A stretch of 64,000 nt of DNA from Candidatus Binatus sp. (GCF_036567905.1 NZ_DATCTO010000069.1:27899-91898), one strand, 5' to 3'; positions 38,676 to 49,638 are shown, counted from the first letter of the stretch. Notes: generated by a model from the letters alone, not told the origin. Made by a program: numbers and translations.

Positions 38676-39293
38676 ATGTCTCAACCGCATGAGAGCCGTA
38701 TCTATTCCGACCTGGCGCGTTTCTATGATTTTTTCTTCGGACGAGTCTTTGTCGGCCGCGAGCATGAGGTTATCGAAAGCCTGAATCTCAGGCCCGGTAA
38801 CCGCGTGCTCGAGGTCGGCGTCGGCACCGGAATCGCGCTGGACGCATATCCGCCGTACGCGCATATTGTCGCGATCGATCCGTCGGCCGACATGCTCGAG
38901 CGCGCAAAAAAGCGCGCGGCGGAAAACGGCTGGGGACATATCGAGTTGCGCCAGGGCGACGCGCTCAACCTCGACTATCCCGACAACAGCTTCGACTTCG
39001 TTACCTCGTTTCACGTTCTGACCGTGGTTCCCGATCCGTACCGGATGATGTCGGAGATGGTGCGGGTGTGTAAGCCGGGCGGTCGGATCGCGATCACGAC
39101 GCATTTCCAGAGCTCGAACCCGGTGGTCGCGGCGCTCAACACCATTGTCAATCCGATCACGCGGCAACTGGGATGGACCACCAGATTGCGCAAGCAGGAC
39201 GTGCTCAAGGGCCATCCGATTACGCTGGAGCGCAACGAAAAGATCAGCCGGTGGTCGGTGCACTCGTTGATCATCGCGCGCAAAAACGCCTGA
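38676..39293 (+). CDS. class I SAM-dependent methyltransferase (Methyltransf_11-like)
   Basis: Motif I VLEVGVGTG, motif post-I IVAIDPS, and LRQGDA...FDFV. Confidence 0.75.
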   Translation: MSQPHESRIYSDLARFYDFFFGRVFVGREHEVIESLNLRPGNRVLEVGVGTGIALDAYPPYAHIVAIDPSADMLERAKKRAAENGWGHIELRQGDALNLDYPDNSFDFVTSFHVLTVVPDPYRMMSEMVRVCKPGGRIAITTHFQSSNPVVAALNTIVNPITRQLGWTTRLRKQDVLKGHPITLERNEKISRWSVHSLIIARKNA

Positions 39294-39710
39294 GCCGCCG
39301 CTGTCTCGAGAAATTCAAAAGCGAGACTGCATCGCGGAGACCCTTTGTGTTATCCGTGTTATCCGCAGCACTAAGTGAGCTCGGATTGCGATGGACTTTG
39401 ATCGCGTGCTAGCGGAGAGTCGATCTATCGGATCGACTTAGGAATCGAGTCCGAATTGATCGAGCCCAAACGGCGGTATTTCCACTCGCCTTTGACCGCG
39501 CTGCGCTCAACCAACCCCAAGTTCGACCAGCAAGGCCCGAGGTGGCTGTATGTATCTTCCTATTTCCCTGGGAAGCGTCGTGGTGATCGTTATCGTACTC
39601 TGGTTACTCGGCGTGGTTTGATGAAGCGATGGCGCCACCTGGGTCGCGGTTCGATGCGATCATAGGCTGGCAAGACTGGAAGTTAGACTTACTGAGCAGA
39701 TGGAAAGAGG

Positions 39711-39917
39711 ATGTGTATGTTGCTTCTGATTATCTTGTTGATTTTGTTGTTAGGCGGAGGCGGGTTCTATGGCTACCGCCGCGGCCATTACGGACCGCGG
39801 GGAATGGGCTTGATGAGCATTGTGCTTATCGTCCTGGTTATCTATCTCGTGATGGGCGGCGGGTTCGGCCACGGCATGATGGGCGGCGACTCCGGACACG
39901 GGATGTATTTTCGGTGA
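39711..39917 (+). CDS. small Gly/His-rich membrane protein (DUF3309-like)
   Basis: MLLLIILLILLLGGGGFYGYRRGHYGPRGMGLMSIVLIVLVIYLVMGG has two hydrophobic helices separated by a Gly/Tyr/Arg loop, as in DUF3309 proteins. Confidence 0.4.
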   Translation: MCMLLLIILLILLLGGGGFYGYRRGHYGPRGMGLMSIVLIVLVIYLVMGGGFGHGMMGGDSGHGMYFR

Positions 39918-40083
39918 TCCCCGAGGACCTATGGTGCTGAGGCTATCAAGCTGGCGCTGACAGCACCCGAAATAAAATGAAAGCGCAGGGTCGTCTAGGA
40001 TGCGTCACTTGCAGCCCGGTCCTAAGCGCGGCAGAGCATCCATTTCGGCACCCATCGAGCCAAGATTCACGAATGAAGGAGAG

Positions 40084-40284
40084 ATGACAATGAAGAACGC
40101 GACTGCGAAAGATCCCGTATGCGGCATGAACATAGAAACGGCTACCGCCGTTGGACGAACCGAGTACAAAGGGCAGACCTATTACTTCTGCGGCTCCAAG
40201 TGCAAAGAGAAGTTCGATCGTAGTTCGGAGCAATACCTGGGCAAGTCTGCAGCAGCGCCGAAGAGCAGCGGCTGCTGCAGTTAA
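40084..40284 (+). CDS. YHS/TRASH-domain metal-binding protein
   Basis: GAAGGAGAG RBS, then DPVCGMNIETATAVGRTEYKGQTYYFCGSKCKEKFD, a YHS-domain signature also found at the CopA N-terminus. Confidence 0.65.
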   Translation: MTMKNATAKDPVCGMNIETATAVGRTEYKGQTYYFCGSKCKEKFDRSSEQYLGKSAAAPKSSGCCS

Positions 40285-40386
40285 ATCGCATTAGCCGGCC
40301 GGCGCAGATCCCGCGGTTGGCATACTTTCGCAAGTCGGATCGATATCGAACACTGTGAGATGAACCTTAAGCATGAAGGAGAGCCT

Positions 40387-40773
40387 ATGCTGGTCAAATT
40401 ATCCACTGACAAAACCGTGAGTGAAACTGCGGTTGCCTTGCAGGCTGCGGTCCAGGCCAATCACTTTGGCGTCATGCAGGTTCACAACCTCAAAGAGACC
40501 ATGGCGAAGAAGGGCGTGGAGTTCCCCCGTGAATGTCTGATCTTCGAGGTCTGTCAGCCGCAACAAGCGAAGAAAGTCCTCGAGCAAAACATGAGCGTCT
40601 CGACCGCACTGCCATGCCGGATATCCATTTACCAGGAGGGCGGCAAAACCATTCTGGTTACTTTGAAGCCAACCACTCTTCTGGCGATGTTCCACGCGCC
40701 GGAACTTGAACGAGTAGCGCAGGAAGTGGAAGACACGATTGTTAAAATCATGAAGGAAGCGGCATCAGATTGA
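40387..40773 (+). CDS. DUF302 domain protein
   Basis: About 128 aa. The start follows a GAAGGAGAG RBS, and DUF302 proteins commonly accompany metal-resistance genes. Family call is from general sequence character only. Confidence 0.5.
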   Translation: MLVKLSTDKTVSETAVALQAAVQANHFGVMQVHNLKETMAKKGVEFPRECLIFEVCQPQQAKKVLEQNMSVSTALPCRISIYQEGGKTILVTLKPTTLLAMFHAPELERVAQEVEDTIVKIMKEAASD

Positions 40774-40865
40774 TTGGCCGGACTTTGGACGCCGATTCGC
40801 CGCGACATACCTCAAGAGCCGTTGAATCGGTTTAGGGCCACGCGGCTATTGAAACGGAAGGTGAC

Positions 40866-41222
40866 GTGAATCGACTCATCGCGATCGTTGGTGCGGGCGC
40901 AATCATCGCCTGCGCGTTTGCGCCTGCGCGCGCGGCCGACATGGCTGCCGCCAGGCAAAACTACAATACATTTTGCGCTAGCTGTCACGGCAGCAGCGGC
41001 GAGGGCGATGGTCCTGCCGCGGCGGCACTTAGTACCCACCCCGCCAATTTCTCGGATTGCGCCATGATGAGCAAGATGTCCGACGATACATTGTTCAACA
41101 TGATCAAGAACGGCGGCGCCGCCATGGGTCGCAGCAAAGACATGCCGGCGTGGAGGTTGGGCTTCGATGACGGCGAGATTCACGACCTTGCCGCCTTCCT
41201 AATGACCTTCTGCAAGAAGTAG
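40866..41222 (+). CDS. class I c-type cytochrome (mono-heme)
   Basis: Signal peptide, a single CASCHG haem-binding motif and a downstream Met ligand region (DMPAW). Confidence 0.7.
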   Translation: MNRLIAIVGAGAIIACAFAPARAADMAAARQNYNTFCASCHGSSGEGDGPAAAALSTHPANFSDCAMMSKMSDDTLFNMIKNGGAAMGRSKDMPAWRLGFDDGEIHDLAAFLMTFCKK

Positions 41223-41306
41223 GCGCGACCGCGATGAGCGATGGCAATTCGATCCGCCTGCGGAACCTCGGCTTGAGGCGATAACGCTTGAGGTGATTGG
41301 TCGGAC

Positions 41307-43628
41307 ATGAAAGTCGTCGATCCGGTGTGCGGGATGCAGGTCGATCCGGCCAACAGCGCCGGATCGTTTGAATACAAAGGCACGAAGTACCATTTCTGTA
41401 GCATCCGCTGTCTCGAGAAATTCAAAAACGATCCTGACAGCTTTGTAACTCCTGCGGCGCCGAAGCCGGCAGCGGCAAGAAGCAGCGCTCCCATGCCAGT
41501 TGCGGCGGGTGCTCCTTTGTATACGTGTCCGATGCATCCGCAGATCGTTCGCTCAGAGCCGGGCAATTGCCCAATCTGCGGAATGACGCTGGAGCCGCGC
41601 GTCGTAAGCGCCGGTGAGGAGGCGTCGCCGGAACTGGCCGATATGACGCGGCGCTTTTGGATAAGCGCCGTGCCCGCGGCTGCGCTGATATTGATCGAAA
41701 TGGCGGACATGATCCCGGGCCGGCCGCTTCAGCGCGTGATGCCCGCATCGCTGCGAACCTGGATCGAATTGGCGCTGGCAACTCCGGTCGTGCTGTGGTC
41801 GGGCTCGCCGCTTTTTGTTCGCGGCTGGGATTCGATCGTCAACCGCAGCCTCAACATGTTCACCTTGATCGGGATGGGTATCGGCGTCGCTTACGGTTAC
41901 AGCTTGTTCGCAGCCGTCTTCCCGAGTCTATTTCCCGATTCATTCCGCGGCGCCGATGGCACCGTCCCGGTTTACTTCGAGGCGGCTGCCGCTATTACCG
42001 CGCTGGTGCTGCTCGGCCAGGTCCTTGAGCTTCGGGCTCGAAGCAATACCAGCAGCGCGATCAAAGCGCTGCTTGGATTGGCGCCAAAGACCGCACGCGC
42101 GATCAGGCCCGACGGCCGCGAGGAGGACATCGCGCTCGATCGCGTCGTCCCGGGAGATCGCTTGCGCGTGAGGCCGGGCGAAAAAGTCCCTGTCGATGGC
42201 GTCGTAGCGGAAGGGACCAGTTCGGTTGACGAATCGATGGTGACCGGCGAGCCAATTCCCGTTGAAAAGAAACCGGGCGACCGCCTGATCGGCGCGACCA
42301 TCAATGGAACCGGTGGATTCATCATGCGCGCCGAGCGGGTTGGCAGCGACACTCTGCTTGCGCAGATCGTCCGCATGGTGAGTGACGCCCAACGCAGCCG
42401 CGCTCCGATTCAGCGGCTCGTCGATATCGTGGCATCGTATTTCGTCCCGGCCGTCGTGCTCTCGGCGGTGATTACTTTCATCGTTTGGGCGATCATCGGC
42501 CCGCAGCCGCGGATGGCCTATGCGCTGGTGAACGCGGTCGCGGTTCTGATCATCGCGTGCCCTTGTGCGCTCGGCCTCGCGACTCCCATGTCGATTATGG
42601 TTGGCACCGGCCGTGGCGCGACTGCGGGCGTGCTGATCAAGAACGCCGAGGCGCTCGAGATTCTCGAGAAGGTGAACACGCTCGTGGTTGACAAGACGGG
42701 GACGCTGACCGAAGGAAAGCCGCGCCTGGTCTCGGTCAGCGCGCTCGACGGGTTCACCGAGGCCGGCGTTTTGCGGCTTGCCGCCAGCCTCGAGCGTGGC
42801 AGTGAGCATCCGCTGGCGGTTGCGATTGTCGCAGGCGCTCAAGAGCGCGGGCTGACTCTGGTTTCCTCCGAGGACTTCAAGTCGGTGACCGGCCAGGGCG
42901 TGACCGGGCGGATCGAAGGCCGCGCTGTAGCGCTTGGAAATCAGCAGATGATGCGCGCGCTCGGCGTTCCCATCGAGGCTGTTTCTGCTGACGCCGACGC
43001 TCAGCGCAACGATGGCCACACCGTGATGTTCGTCGCGATCGACGGCCGTCCTGCCGGACTCATCGGCGTCGCCGATCCAATCAAGGCGTCCACCGCGGAA
43101 GCACTTAAGATGTTGCACGATGACGGCGTCAGGATTGTTGTTTTGACCGGCGACAATCGAATCACCGCGTTGGCAGTCGCGAAAAAGCTTGGCATCGATC
43201 AGGTCGAGGCAGAGGTGATGCCCGATCAGAAAGCGTCGGTGGTGAAACGATTGCAATCGGAAGGACGCATCGTCGCGATGGCCGGCGACGGTATCAACGA
43301 CGCACCTGCGCTGGCGCAGGCGCAGGTCGGGATCGCGATGGGGACGGGTACCGACGTCGCGATGGAGAGCGCGGGCGTCACGCTGGTCAGGGGCGATCTG
43401 CGCGGCATCGCCAAGGCGCGGCGCTTAAGCCGGGCGACGATGCGAAACATCCGGCAGAATCTGTTCTTTGCGTTTTTCTACAACGTGCTTGGGATACCGA
43501 TCGCCGCCGGCGTTCTCTATCCCGCGTTCGGCCTGCTGCTCAGTCCTATTATCGCCAGCGCCGCGATGAGTCTGAGCTCGGTGTCAGTAATCACCAACGC
43601 GCTCAGGCTCAGGAGAGTGAGTCTTTAG
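41307..43628 (+). CDS. copA: copper-translocating P1B-type ATPase
   Basis: N-terminal YHS ([10 protein letters not shown]...[17 protein letters not shown]) and CPxCG metal site, CPC in TM6 ([13 protein letters not shown]), [17 protein letters not shown], and MVGTGRGA. Confidence 0.9.
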   Translation: MKVVDPVCGMQVDPANSAGSFEYKGTKYHFCSIRCLEKFKNDPDSFVTPAAPKPAAARSSAPMPVAAGAPLYTCPMHPQIVRSEPGNCPICGMTLEPRVVSAGEEASPELADMTRRFWISAVPAAALILIEMADMIPGRPLQRVMPASLRTWIELALATPVVLWSGSPLFVRGWDSIVNRSLNMFTLIGMGIGVAYGYSLFAAVFPSLFPDSFRGADGTVPVYFEAAAAITALVLLGQVLELRARSNTSSAIKALLGLAPKTARAIRPDGREEDIALDRVVPGDRLRVRPGEKVPVDGVVAEGTSSVDESMVTGEPIPVEKKPGDRLIGATINGTGGFIMRAERVGSDTLLAQIVRMVSDAQRSRAPIQRLVDIVASYFVPAVVLSAVITFIVWAIIGPQPRMAYALVNAVAVLIIACPCALGLATPMSIMVGTGRGATAGVLIKNAEALEILEKVNTLVVDKTGTLTEGKPRLVSVSALDGFTEAGVLRLAASLERGSEHPLAVAIVAGAQERGLTLVSSEDFKSVTGQGVTGRIEGRAVALGNQQMMRALGVPIEAVSADADAQRNDGHTVMFVAIDGRPAGLIGVADPIKASTAEALKMLHDDGVRIVVLTGDNRITALAVAKKLGIDQVEAEVMPDQKASVVKRLQSEGRIVAMAGDGINDAPALAQAQVGIAMGTGTDVAMESAGVTLVRGDLRGIAKARRLSRATMRNIRQNLFFAFFYNVLGIPIAAGVLYPAFGLLLSPIIASAAMSLSSVSVITNALRLRRVSL

Positions 43629-43704
43629 CCCAGGAGATCGACTTTTCATACGCCGGAAAGCTGCTGGCAGTGTCACGTTGACAACTCGATCTCAGGTTCG
43701 ATAG

Positions 43705-44127
43705 GTGTTAGGCGCCGAGCGAGAAGACAAACGCAGCGTGGCTGATTCGAACAAACCCGATCCTGATTCCCGGGCCAACGACGAACGGGTTGAGGCGCTC
43801 GCCCAAGAGCTCGCCGACCGTCTGCGCGCGATGCCCAATCGCCAGGAACTCACCGACTACGCGGTCAGCCTGCTCAAGGAAAGCAACGAGGATGCGGGCG
43901 CGTCCGAGCAGGCGGCGGCGATGGTCGAGCGGGCGGCGCGCAACGATCCCTTCAACCCGATCGCATTTGCAATTCCACTGCTGGTGATCGGCGCGATACT
44001 ATGCGCGACGGGAATTCTGGCCGGCGTAGGGCTGGGCGTAATCGGGATCGCATTGCTGATGGTGCTGTGGGGATTGATCGTTGCGGTCTTCGGCCGCTTC
44101 CGCCGGCAGGGGCAGGGGCAGGGCTGA
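43705..44127 (+). CDS. hypothetical membrane-anchored protein
   Basis: Acidic soluble N-terminal part followed by two C-terminal TM helices. No recognisable motif. Confidence 0.35.
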   Translation: MLGAEREDKRSVADSNKPDPDSRANDERVEALAQELADRLRAMPNRQELTDYAVSLLKESNEDAGASEQAAAMVERAARNDPFNPIAFAIPLLVIGAILCATGILAGVGLGVIGIALLMVLWGLIVAVFGRFRRQGQGQG

Positions 44128-44204
44128 GCCCTTGTATCTTGCGGTCAGCATCGCAAGATGGATTGAAACTTGGGCGCGGCATGAAGGAAGAATCACCTGC
44201 GCGG

Positions 44205-44308
44205 TGGGCGGCAGGGGCTGCGGGCCCTGCACCCGCAGTGAGAAGACGCGAAAATCTGCGCAGCGCATCTTTTCGCGACTACGCGAGCGGGGGGTGACTC
44301 CTGCACCC
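44205..44308. repeat. ~100-bp palindromic dispersed repeat, copy 2
   Basis: Near-identical to 29503-29590. Both copies generate spurious antisense ORFs containing REKMRCADFRVFSLRVQGPQP. Confidence 0.7.
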
Positions 44309-44620
44309 AGTGAAAAGTGATAAGACGAAGATGCGGGACTTGATCCGCGACGCGAACTCGGTCGCCGGGGCAAAATAATTGCTCCGGCGGTTCAACTTCT
44401 TCCGGCCGCTGCACCGCTCGGTTTCGTCCGTTCGAGCGTATAGAAATCCCGACTTAATGGGGCTTCTATGTTGCAGAACATGGGCAAAATTAGGTAGCCT
44501 TGCCCAGTATTTCGCGCGCGCTTGCGATCGAGCCTCAAGGACCGGAATCTTTTGCGGTGAATTTGCTCAAATTGTGGCGGGCGCCCCTGGCGGGCAGCTC
44601 CTGGGAGTTTAGGGTAGCGG

Positions 44621-45394
44621 ATGGCCAAGTTTGATTGGAAGGAAACGAAACGCCAGATAACCGATTCGCAGGCCTGGCAGTCCATATTCAGACACGGATA
44701 CGAAGACACGCCGCGCAACCGGATCCTGATGGTCTCCGGCAACGTGTGGCTGCATCTGCATCCGGCGAAAGTGCAAAAACACGCGGTGCGCATGCGCTTC
44801 ACCTGGTGCATGGGCGGCATCACGTTTTTGCTTTTCCTGGTGACGGTGGTCACCGGCGTGTACCTGATGTTCTACTATCGGCCGACGGCGGAATACGCCT
44901 ACGCCGACATGAAGTACCTGGAATTCGACATGCCGTTCGGGATGTTGATGCGCAATATGCATCGATGGGCCGCGCACGGAATGGTGATCGCGGTGTGGTT
45001 GCACATGTTCCGCGTGTTCATGACCGGCTCGTACAAGCCGCCGCGCGAGTTCAACTGGGTGGTCGGCGTGATCCTGCTGGTGCTGACGCTGCTGCTGTCG
45101 TTCACCGGATACCTGTTGCCGTGGGATCAACTTTCCATCTGGGCGGTGACGGTCGGCTCGAACATGGCGCGCGCCACGCCGCTGCTTGGACACGGCGGTC
45201 CGTTCCATGAAGTGCTCGGGGTGAATCCGGTTTACGACGCGCGCGCATTTATTTTCGGCGGCGCGGAAATCGGACCGCACACGCTGCTGCGTTTCTACAT
45301 TTTGCACTGCATCTTTTTTCCCTTGATCGCGGGCATCTTCATGGCGGTGCACTTCTGGCGAATCCGCCGCGACGGCATGTCGGGGCCGCTCTAG
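44621..45394 (+). CDS. cytochrome b (b6-like N-terminal domain) of a cytochrome bc-type complex
   Basis: Four-helix haem-b domain with conserved His pairs (RNMHRWAAHGMVIAVWLHMFRVF; LRFYILHCIFFPL) and GYLLPWDQLSIWAVTVG. Confidence 0.8.
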   Translation: MAKFDWKETKRQITDSQAWQSIFRHGYEDTPRNRILMVSGNVWLHLHPAKVQKHAVRMRFTWCMGGITFLLFLVTVVTGVYLMFYYRPTAEYAYADMKYLEFDMPFGMLMRNMHRWAAHGMVIAVWLHMFRVFMTGSYKPPREFNWVVGVILLVLTLLLSFTGYLLPWDQLSIWAVTVGSNMARATPLLGHGGPFHEVLGVNPVYDARAFIFGGAEIGPHTLLRFYILHCIFFPLIAGIFMAVHFWRIRRDGMSGPL

Positions 45395-45569
45395 CACGGG
45401 AGGCGGGCGGTCGATGGGAGGCGTGTTTTCATGGCTGTTGCACGAGGGAATCGTGCGCGTGCTGTCGGTGCCGATCGGGATGTCGATCGTGCTTTATCTA
45501 ATGTACGTGCTGGCGGCGCCGGCTGCGTGGAGCGACGACGAGGACTGAGCGCCTCGTTAGGGATTAATC

Positions 45570-46472
45570 ATGGCAAGCCGGGAAGGTAACGAAGGCGCCG
45601 TCGTGATGCGCGCGGCGGGAGCGGGCGCAGGCGGAGCTGCAGCGAGGACGCCGGCGGCCGGCGGGTCGAAGCGAATCGAAGTTCCGATCAAAAAGGCGGG
45701 CGGCGGCGAAGATAAGCTGCACACCTGGCCGTTTTTGGTGCGCAGCGAATTCCTGATGTCGATTCTGGTGATCATCGTTTTGACGGTGTGGTCGCTGTTG
45801 CTCAACGCGCCGCTGGAGCAGCCGTCGAACCCGACTCGCACGCCGAATCCGTCGAAGGCGCCGTGGTACTTCCTGGGCTTGCAGGAAATGCTGGTGTTCT
45901 TCGACCCATGGTACGCGGGCGTGGTGCTGCCCAGTTTCATTATCGTGGGCCTGATGCTGATTCCGTATCTGGACATCAATCCGAAAGGCAACGGCTACTA
46001 CACGTTTCGCGAGCGATCGTTCGAGATTCTGACTTTCTTCATCGGGTTCCACATTTTATGGGTCTCATTCATCATCATCGGCACATTTTTCCGCGGTCCC
46101 GGATGGAATTGGTTCTGGCCCGGCCAGGTCTGGGATCCGCATCTGGTCGAGGCGCTGACCAACGTCGATTTGCCGTACATGTTCGGCTTCCGCGACTACC
46201 TGGCGTCGGCGCTCTTCGGACTGTCGCTGGTAGTCGGCTACTTCGTGGTCGGGTACGCGGCGCTATATTACTGGATACGATCGCGGCCGGCGGGCGATCC
46301 ATGGTCTGCGTTTCCCGGCGGCGGTCCCGAGATATTGAAGAAATGGGGGCCGGTGCGCTTCGGCATCACGGGATTTCTGCTGATCGCGATGGCCGGGGTG
46401 TTTATCAAGATGGTGCTGCGGCACGCGCTCAACATCAAGTACATCCTGGTTACACCCTGGATTAACATCTGA
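45570..46472 (+). CDS. cytochrome b C-terminal domain protein (subunit-IV/PetD-like, extended)
   Basis: PEWYF-type motif APWYFLGLQEMLVFF plus multiple TM helices. Split b6/subunit-IV organisation. Confidence 0.7.
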   Translation: MASREGNEGAVVMRAAGAGAGGAAARTPAAGGSKRIEVPIKKAGGGEDKLHTWPFLVRSEFLMSILVIIVLTVWSLLLNAPLEQPSNPTRTPNPSKAPWYFLGLQEMLVFFDPWYAGVVLPSFIIVGLMLIPYLDINPKGNGYYTFRERSFEILTFFIGFHILWVSFIIIGTFFRGPGWNWFWPGQVWDPHLVEALTNVDLPYMFGFRDYLASALFGLSLVVGYFVVGYAALYYWIRSRPAGDPWSAFPGGGPEILKKWGPVRFGITGFLLIAMAGVFIKMVLRHALNIKYILVTPWINI

Positions 46473-46741
46473 AGTGGCCGCAACCCCGGTGTTTATCCTC
46501 GCCAAAGTACTGCAGGCGCTCGGAATCGCCGACGTCGGCTTCGCGCTGTACGTCGGGATGACCCAGCCGCACGGGATGGGGAAAGAATACGAGTTCACCG
46601 GGATCGGCGTTTTGGTTTTTCTCGCCGGCTACATCGTCGAGGTCCTGTGGGCTCGCGGGCGTGAATGACTATTGAGTATTTGTGAATATTTGGACGGCGG
46701 CCTCGCGGCGGCATTCGTAGCCGAGGACAGGATAAGAGCAG

Positions 46742-49531
46742 ATGGCTGGCAGACCGGGGCTTGATCCCACTGAAGAAGGAAGATCGTACAGCGCGCTGTT
46801 CGTGCTGATGGTAGCGGTGTTGCTGGTGACCGCGGTCTGGTCGGTTTGGGACGACAACATCTCGCGCCGTCCGTGGAAGGAATACCAGGTCCAGTGGGAT
46901 CGGCTGGCGTACGACAAGTACATGAAGGACGCGGCGGACGAGCAGAAGCGCCTCGACGCCGATCCCGAATACCAGAAAGTCTCGAAGCAGCTGGCCCAGG
47001 CGCGGATCGATCGCGACTCCGGCGCCACCGCGGCCAGGCTGGCCGCGCTGCGCGGGCAGTTGACCGATCTGAACAACGCTGCCGACGACAAGGATCAACT
47101 GGTCCGCTTCACCAAGTCGTATTTGACCGAGCGATGGTACGACTACAACCACGCCGTCCAGGAAAAGGAAGACCCGGGTCCGTACAAAAAGGAAATCGAT
47201 CGGCTCAACGCCGAACTCGCGCGGGAAAGTATCGTCTCCGATAAAGCCAAGGACCATCTGCAGTCGGTCAAGGATCAGATCGAGGCGCTCAACTCGAAGG
47301 TCGAGAGCCTGGCAGATCAGATGAAGAAGCTCACCGCCAAGCTCGACGATTTCTTCGACAAGGCCGACACGTGGATGATCCCGGTCAAGTTCCGCAACAC
47401 CATCCTGTTCCGTTATCCGAAGATTCCGAAGATCGAGCAGACTGCGATCGACGACTTCGACCGCAACGCCTTCGACGAGGCGATCGCGCGGGTCGATCGA
47501 TGCCAGAGCTGTCATATGGGCGCCGACAAGAAGGGCTTCGAGAATGCGCCCGAGCCGTTTCGCACGCATAGCAACTTCGATCAGATCATATTGAAGCATC
47601 CGCCCGAAAAACTCGGATGCACGCCATGTCACGACGGACAGGGGCCCGCGGTCAGCTCGGTGCGGCTGGCGCATGGCGACGATCCGGATTGGGATTCGCC
47701 CATGCTCAGGGGCGACAAGATGCAGTCCCGATGCGTCAAGTGCCATATCGACGTGGGCTCGCTGCACGATGCGGCAGGCAAGCCGATCGCGGCGAACTGG
47801 GTCGAAGGGGAACGGATATTCGAGCAGTTGGGATGCGCGGGATGCCATCTGGTGGCGGGCTACGAGGACATGGCGAAGATCGGCCCGTACCTGAAACTCG
47901 CGTCGGCGAAGCTCGACCCGTCGTGGACCGTGCGATGGATCGCCACACCGCACGTCTTCCGGCCGCACACGCGCATGCCGGACTTCATGTTCTCGCGCGA
48001 GCAGGCGACTGCGCTGGCCGCGTTCATCCTGGACAGTTCGTCGAAGAATTCGAAGGCGTGGCTCGCGGCGCATCCCGAGACTGCGACGCTGGAGGCCGAC
48101 GTCAAGAATCCGGCATTCATCGAAGAAGGCAAGGGGCTGTTCGAATCGGTCGGCTGCAAAGGATGCCACGCGATCGAGCCTGATCAATACGGAACTCCGG
48201 TCGGCGTTGCCGAGGGCTTCAAGCCGGCCCTGGCGCGCACGGCCAAGGACTTCGCGCCCAACCTGGGCAGGATCGCGGAGAAGACTTCGGCGGAGTGGAT
48301 ATATGCGTGGTTGAAGAATCCACGCGACTTCTCGCCGCACACAGCGATGCCGTCGCTGCGCCTGAGCGATCACGACGCCGAAGCGTTGACCGCCTTCCTG
48401 ATGACCCATGGCGAGAAGAAAGAAGACGCCGGCGTTGAAACCGCACTCAAGGATCACGAAAAGATCAAGCAGGGTGAAGCGCTGGTGCGCAAGTATGGAT
48501 GCTTCGGATGCCACGAGATCGAAGGGATGGACAAGGAGTCGCGCACCGGCGTCGAGCTGACGACCTTCGGCTCCAAGCATATCGACGAACTATTTTTCGG
48601 CAACCAGACTCAGATTCCCGAGACGTGGGATCAGTGGACCTCCCATAAACTCCAATCCCCGCGCATCTACGCGACCAGGGACGTCGAGCAGTCGATGCCG
48701 AATTTCGATCTCGACAACGCCGACATCAACAACCTGGTCGTGTTCCTGGCAGGCATGACGCAGGGCACGGTGCAGGAGCGGTACCGGATGCCGGGATCGG
48801 AGCATCAGACGCAAATCGTCGCGGGCCGGCGAATGGTCAATTACTACAACTGCGTCGGCTGCCATATCGTCGAGGATCGTGGCGGTTATATCCGCCGCTT
48901 CTACCCGGGAGATGAAATCAACTTTGCGCCGCCAATACTCAATGGCGAAGGCTTCAAGGTTCAACCCGAGTGGCTATTCGCATTCCTTCAGGGACCGACC
49001 TCGATTCGTCCGTGGCTCAAGATCAGGATGCCGACTTTTCATTTCAACAACGGTGAAGACGACACGATCGTGAATTACTTCACGGCGCTGTCGGACGTGA
49101 ACGTGGTATATACCTTCATCGACACCAACCTGATTGGGCCGGCTGAGCTGGCGGCCGGCGTGAAGCTGATGACCAAGGACTACTTCAACTGCTTCAGTTG
49201 CCATCAGCAGGGCGACAAGAAGCCTGAGGGACCGGCGTCGGGATGGGCGCCCGACCTGGCGCTGGCGTATCAGCGGTTGAATCCGGACTGGATACTGAAG
49301 TGGATCGCAAATCCGTCGGCGCTGCAGCCGGGAACCAAGATGCCGTCGTACTATCCGGGCGGCCCCGACGACATCCTGGGCGGCAACCAGGACAAGCAGA
49401 TCCGCGCGCTAACTGACTATATTTTCTGGCTTGGAACGCATCCGGGGGAGACACCAGCGGGCCAGGTGGCGACCGTTCCGGCAAAAGTGAGTAATGTGGC
49501 GGCCGCGGCGGCGAAAGTGAGTAAGAAGTAG
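46742..49531 (+). CDS. large membrane-anchored multihaem c-type cytochrome (8 CxxCH motifs)
   Basis: CQSCH, CTPCH, CVKCH, CAGCH, CKGCH, CFGCH, CVGCH and CFSCH. The N-terminal TM is followed by a coiled-coil-like region. Several C-terminal class-I cyt c modules (G-x-x-L/F-x-x-x-GCxxCH). Confidence 0.8.
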   Translation: MAGRPGLDPTEEGRSYSALFVLMVAVLLVTAVWSVWDDNISRRPWKEYQVQWDRLAYDKYMKDAADEQKRLDADPEYQKVSKQLAQARIDRDSGATAARLAALRGQLTDLNNAADDKDQLVRFTKSYLTERWYDYNHAVQEKEDPGPYKKEIDRLNAELARESIVSDKAKDHLQSVKDQIEALNSKVESLADQMKKLTAKLDDFFDKADTWMIPVKFRNTILFRYPKIPKIEQTAIDDFDRNAFDEAIARVDRCQSCHMGADKKGFENAPEPFRTHSNFDQIILKHPPEKLGCTPCHDGQGPAVSSVRLAHGDDPDWDSPMLRGDKMQSRCVKCHIDVGSLHDAAGKPIAANWVEGERIFEQLGCAGCHLVAGYEDMAKIGPYLKLASAKLDPSWTVRWIATPHVFRPHTRMPDFMFSREQATALAAFILDSSSKNSKAWLAAHPETATLEADVKNPAFIEEGKGLFESVGCKGCHAIEPDQYGTPVGVAEGFKPALARTAKDFAPNLGRIAEKTSAEWIYAWLKNPRDFSPHTAMPSLRLSDHDAEALTAFLMTHGEKKEDAGVETALKDHEKIKQGEALVRKYGCFGCHEIEGMDKESRTGVELTTFGSKHIDELFFGNQTQIPETWDQWTSHKLQSPRIYATRDVEQSMPNFDLDNADINNLVVFLAGMTQGTVQERYRMPGSEHQTQIVAGRRMVNYYNCVGCHIVEDRGGYIRRFYPGDEINFAPPILNGEGFKVQPEWLFAFLQGPTSIRPWLKIRMPTFHFNNGEDDTIVNYFTALSDVNVVYTFIDTNLIGPAELAAGVKLMTKDYFNCFSCHQQGDKKPEGPASGWAPDLALAYQRLNPDWILKWIANPSALQPGTKMPSYYPGGPDDILGGNQDKQIRALTDYIFWLGTHPGETPAGQVATVPAKVSNVAAAAAKVSKK

Positions 49532-49638
49532 GTTGTTATCGTTTAGTCGATTGAGTTGGCAACTGATTATTCGCTAAGCTGAGAGAGCTTGAGGTAACTA
49601 GCTAACACATACCAGCGATTTCGCAGGAGGGAATGGTA

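Noticed and set aside
46595-48580. 661-aa minus-strand ORF antisense to the multihaem cytochrome c gene
   Set aside because: The plus frame contains eight CxxCH motifs. The antisense frame has none and is Arg-rich.
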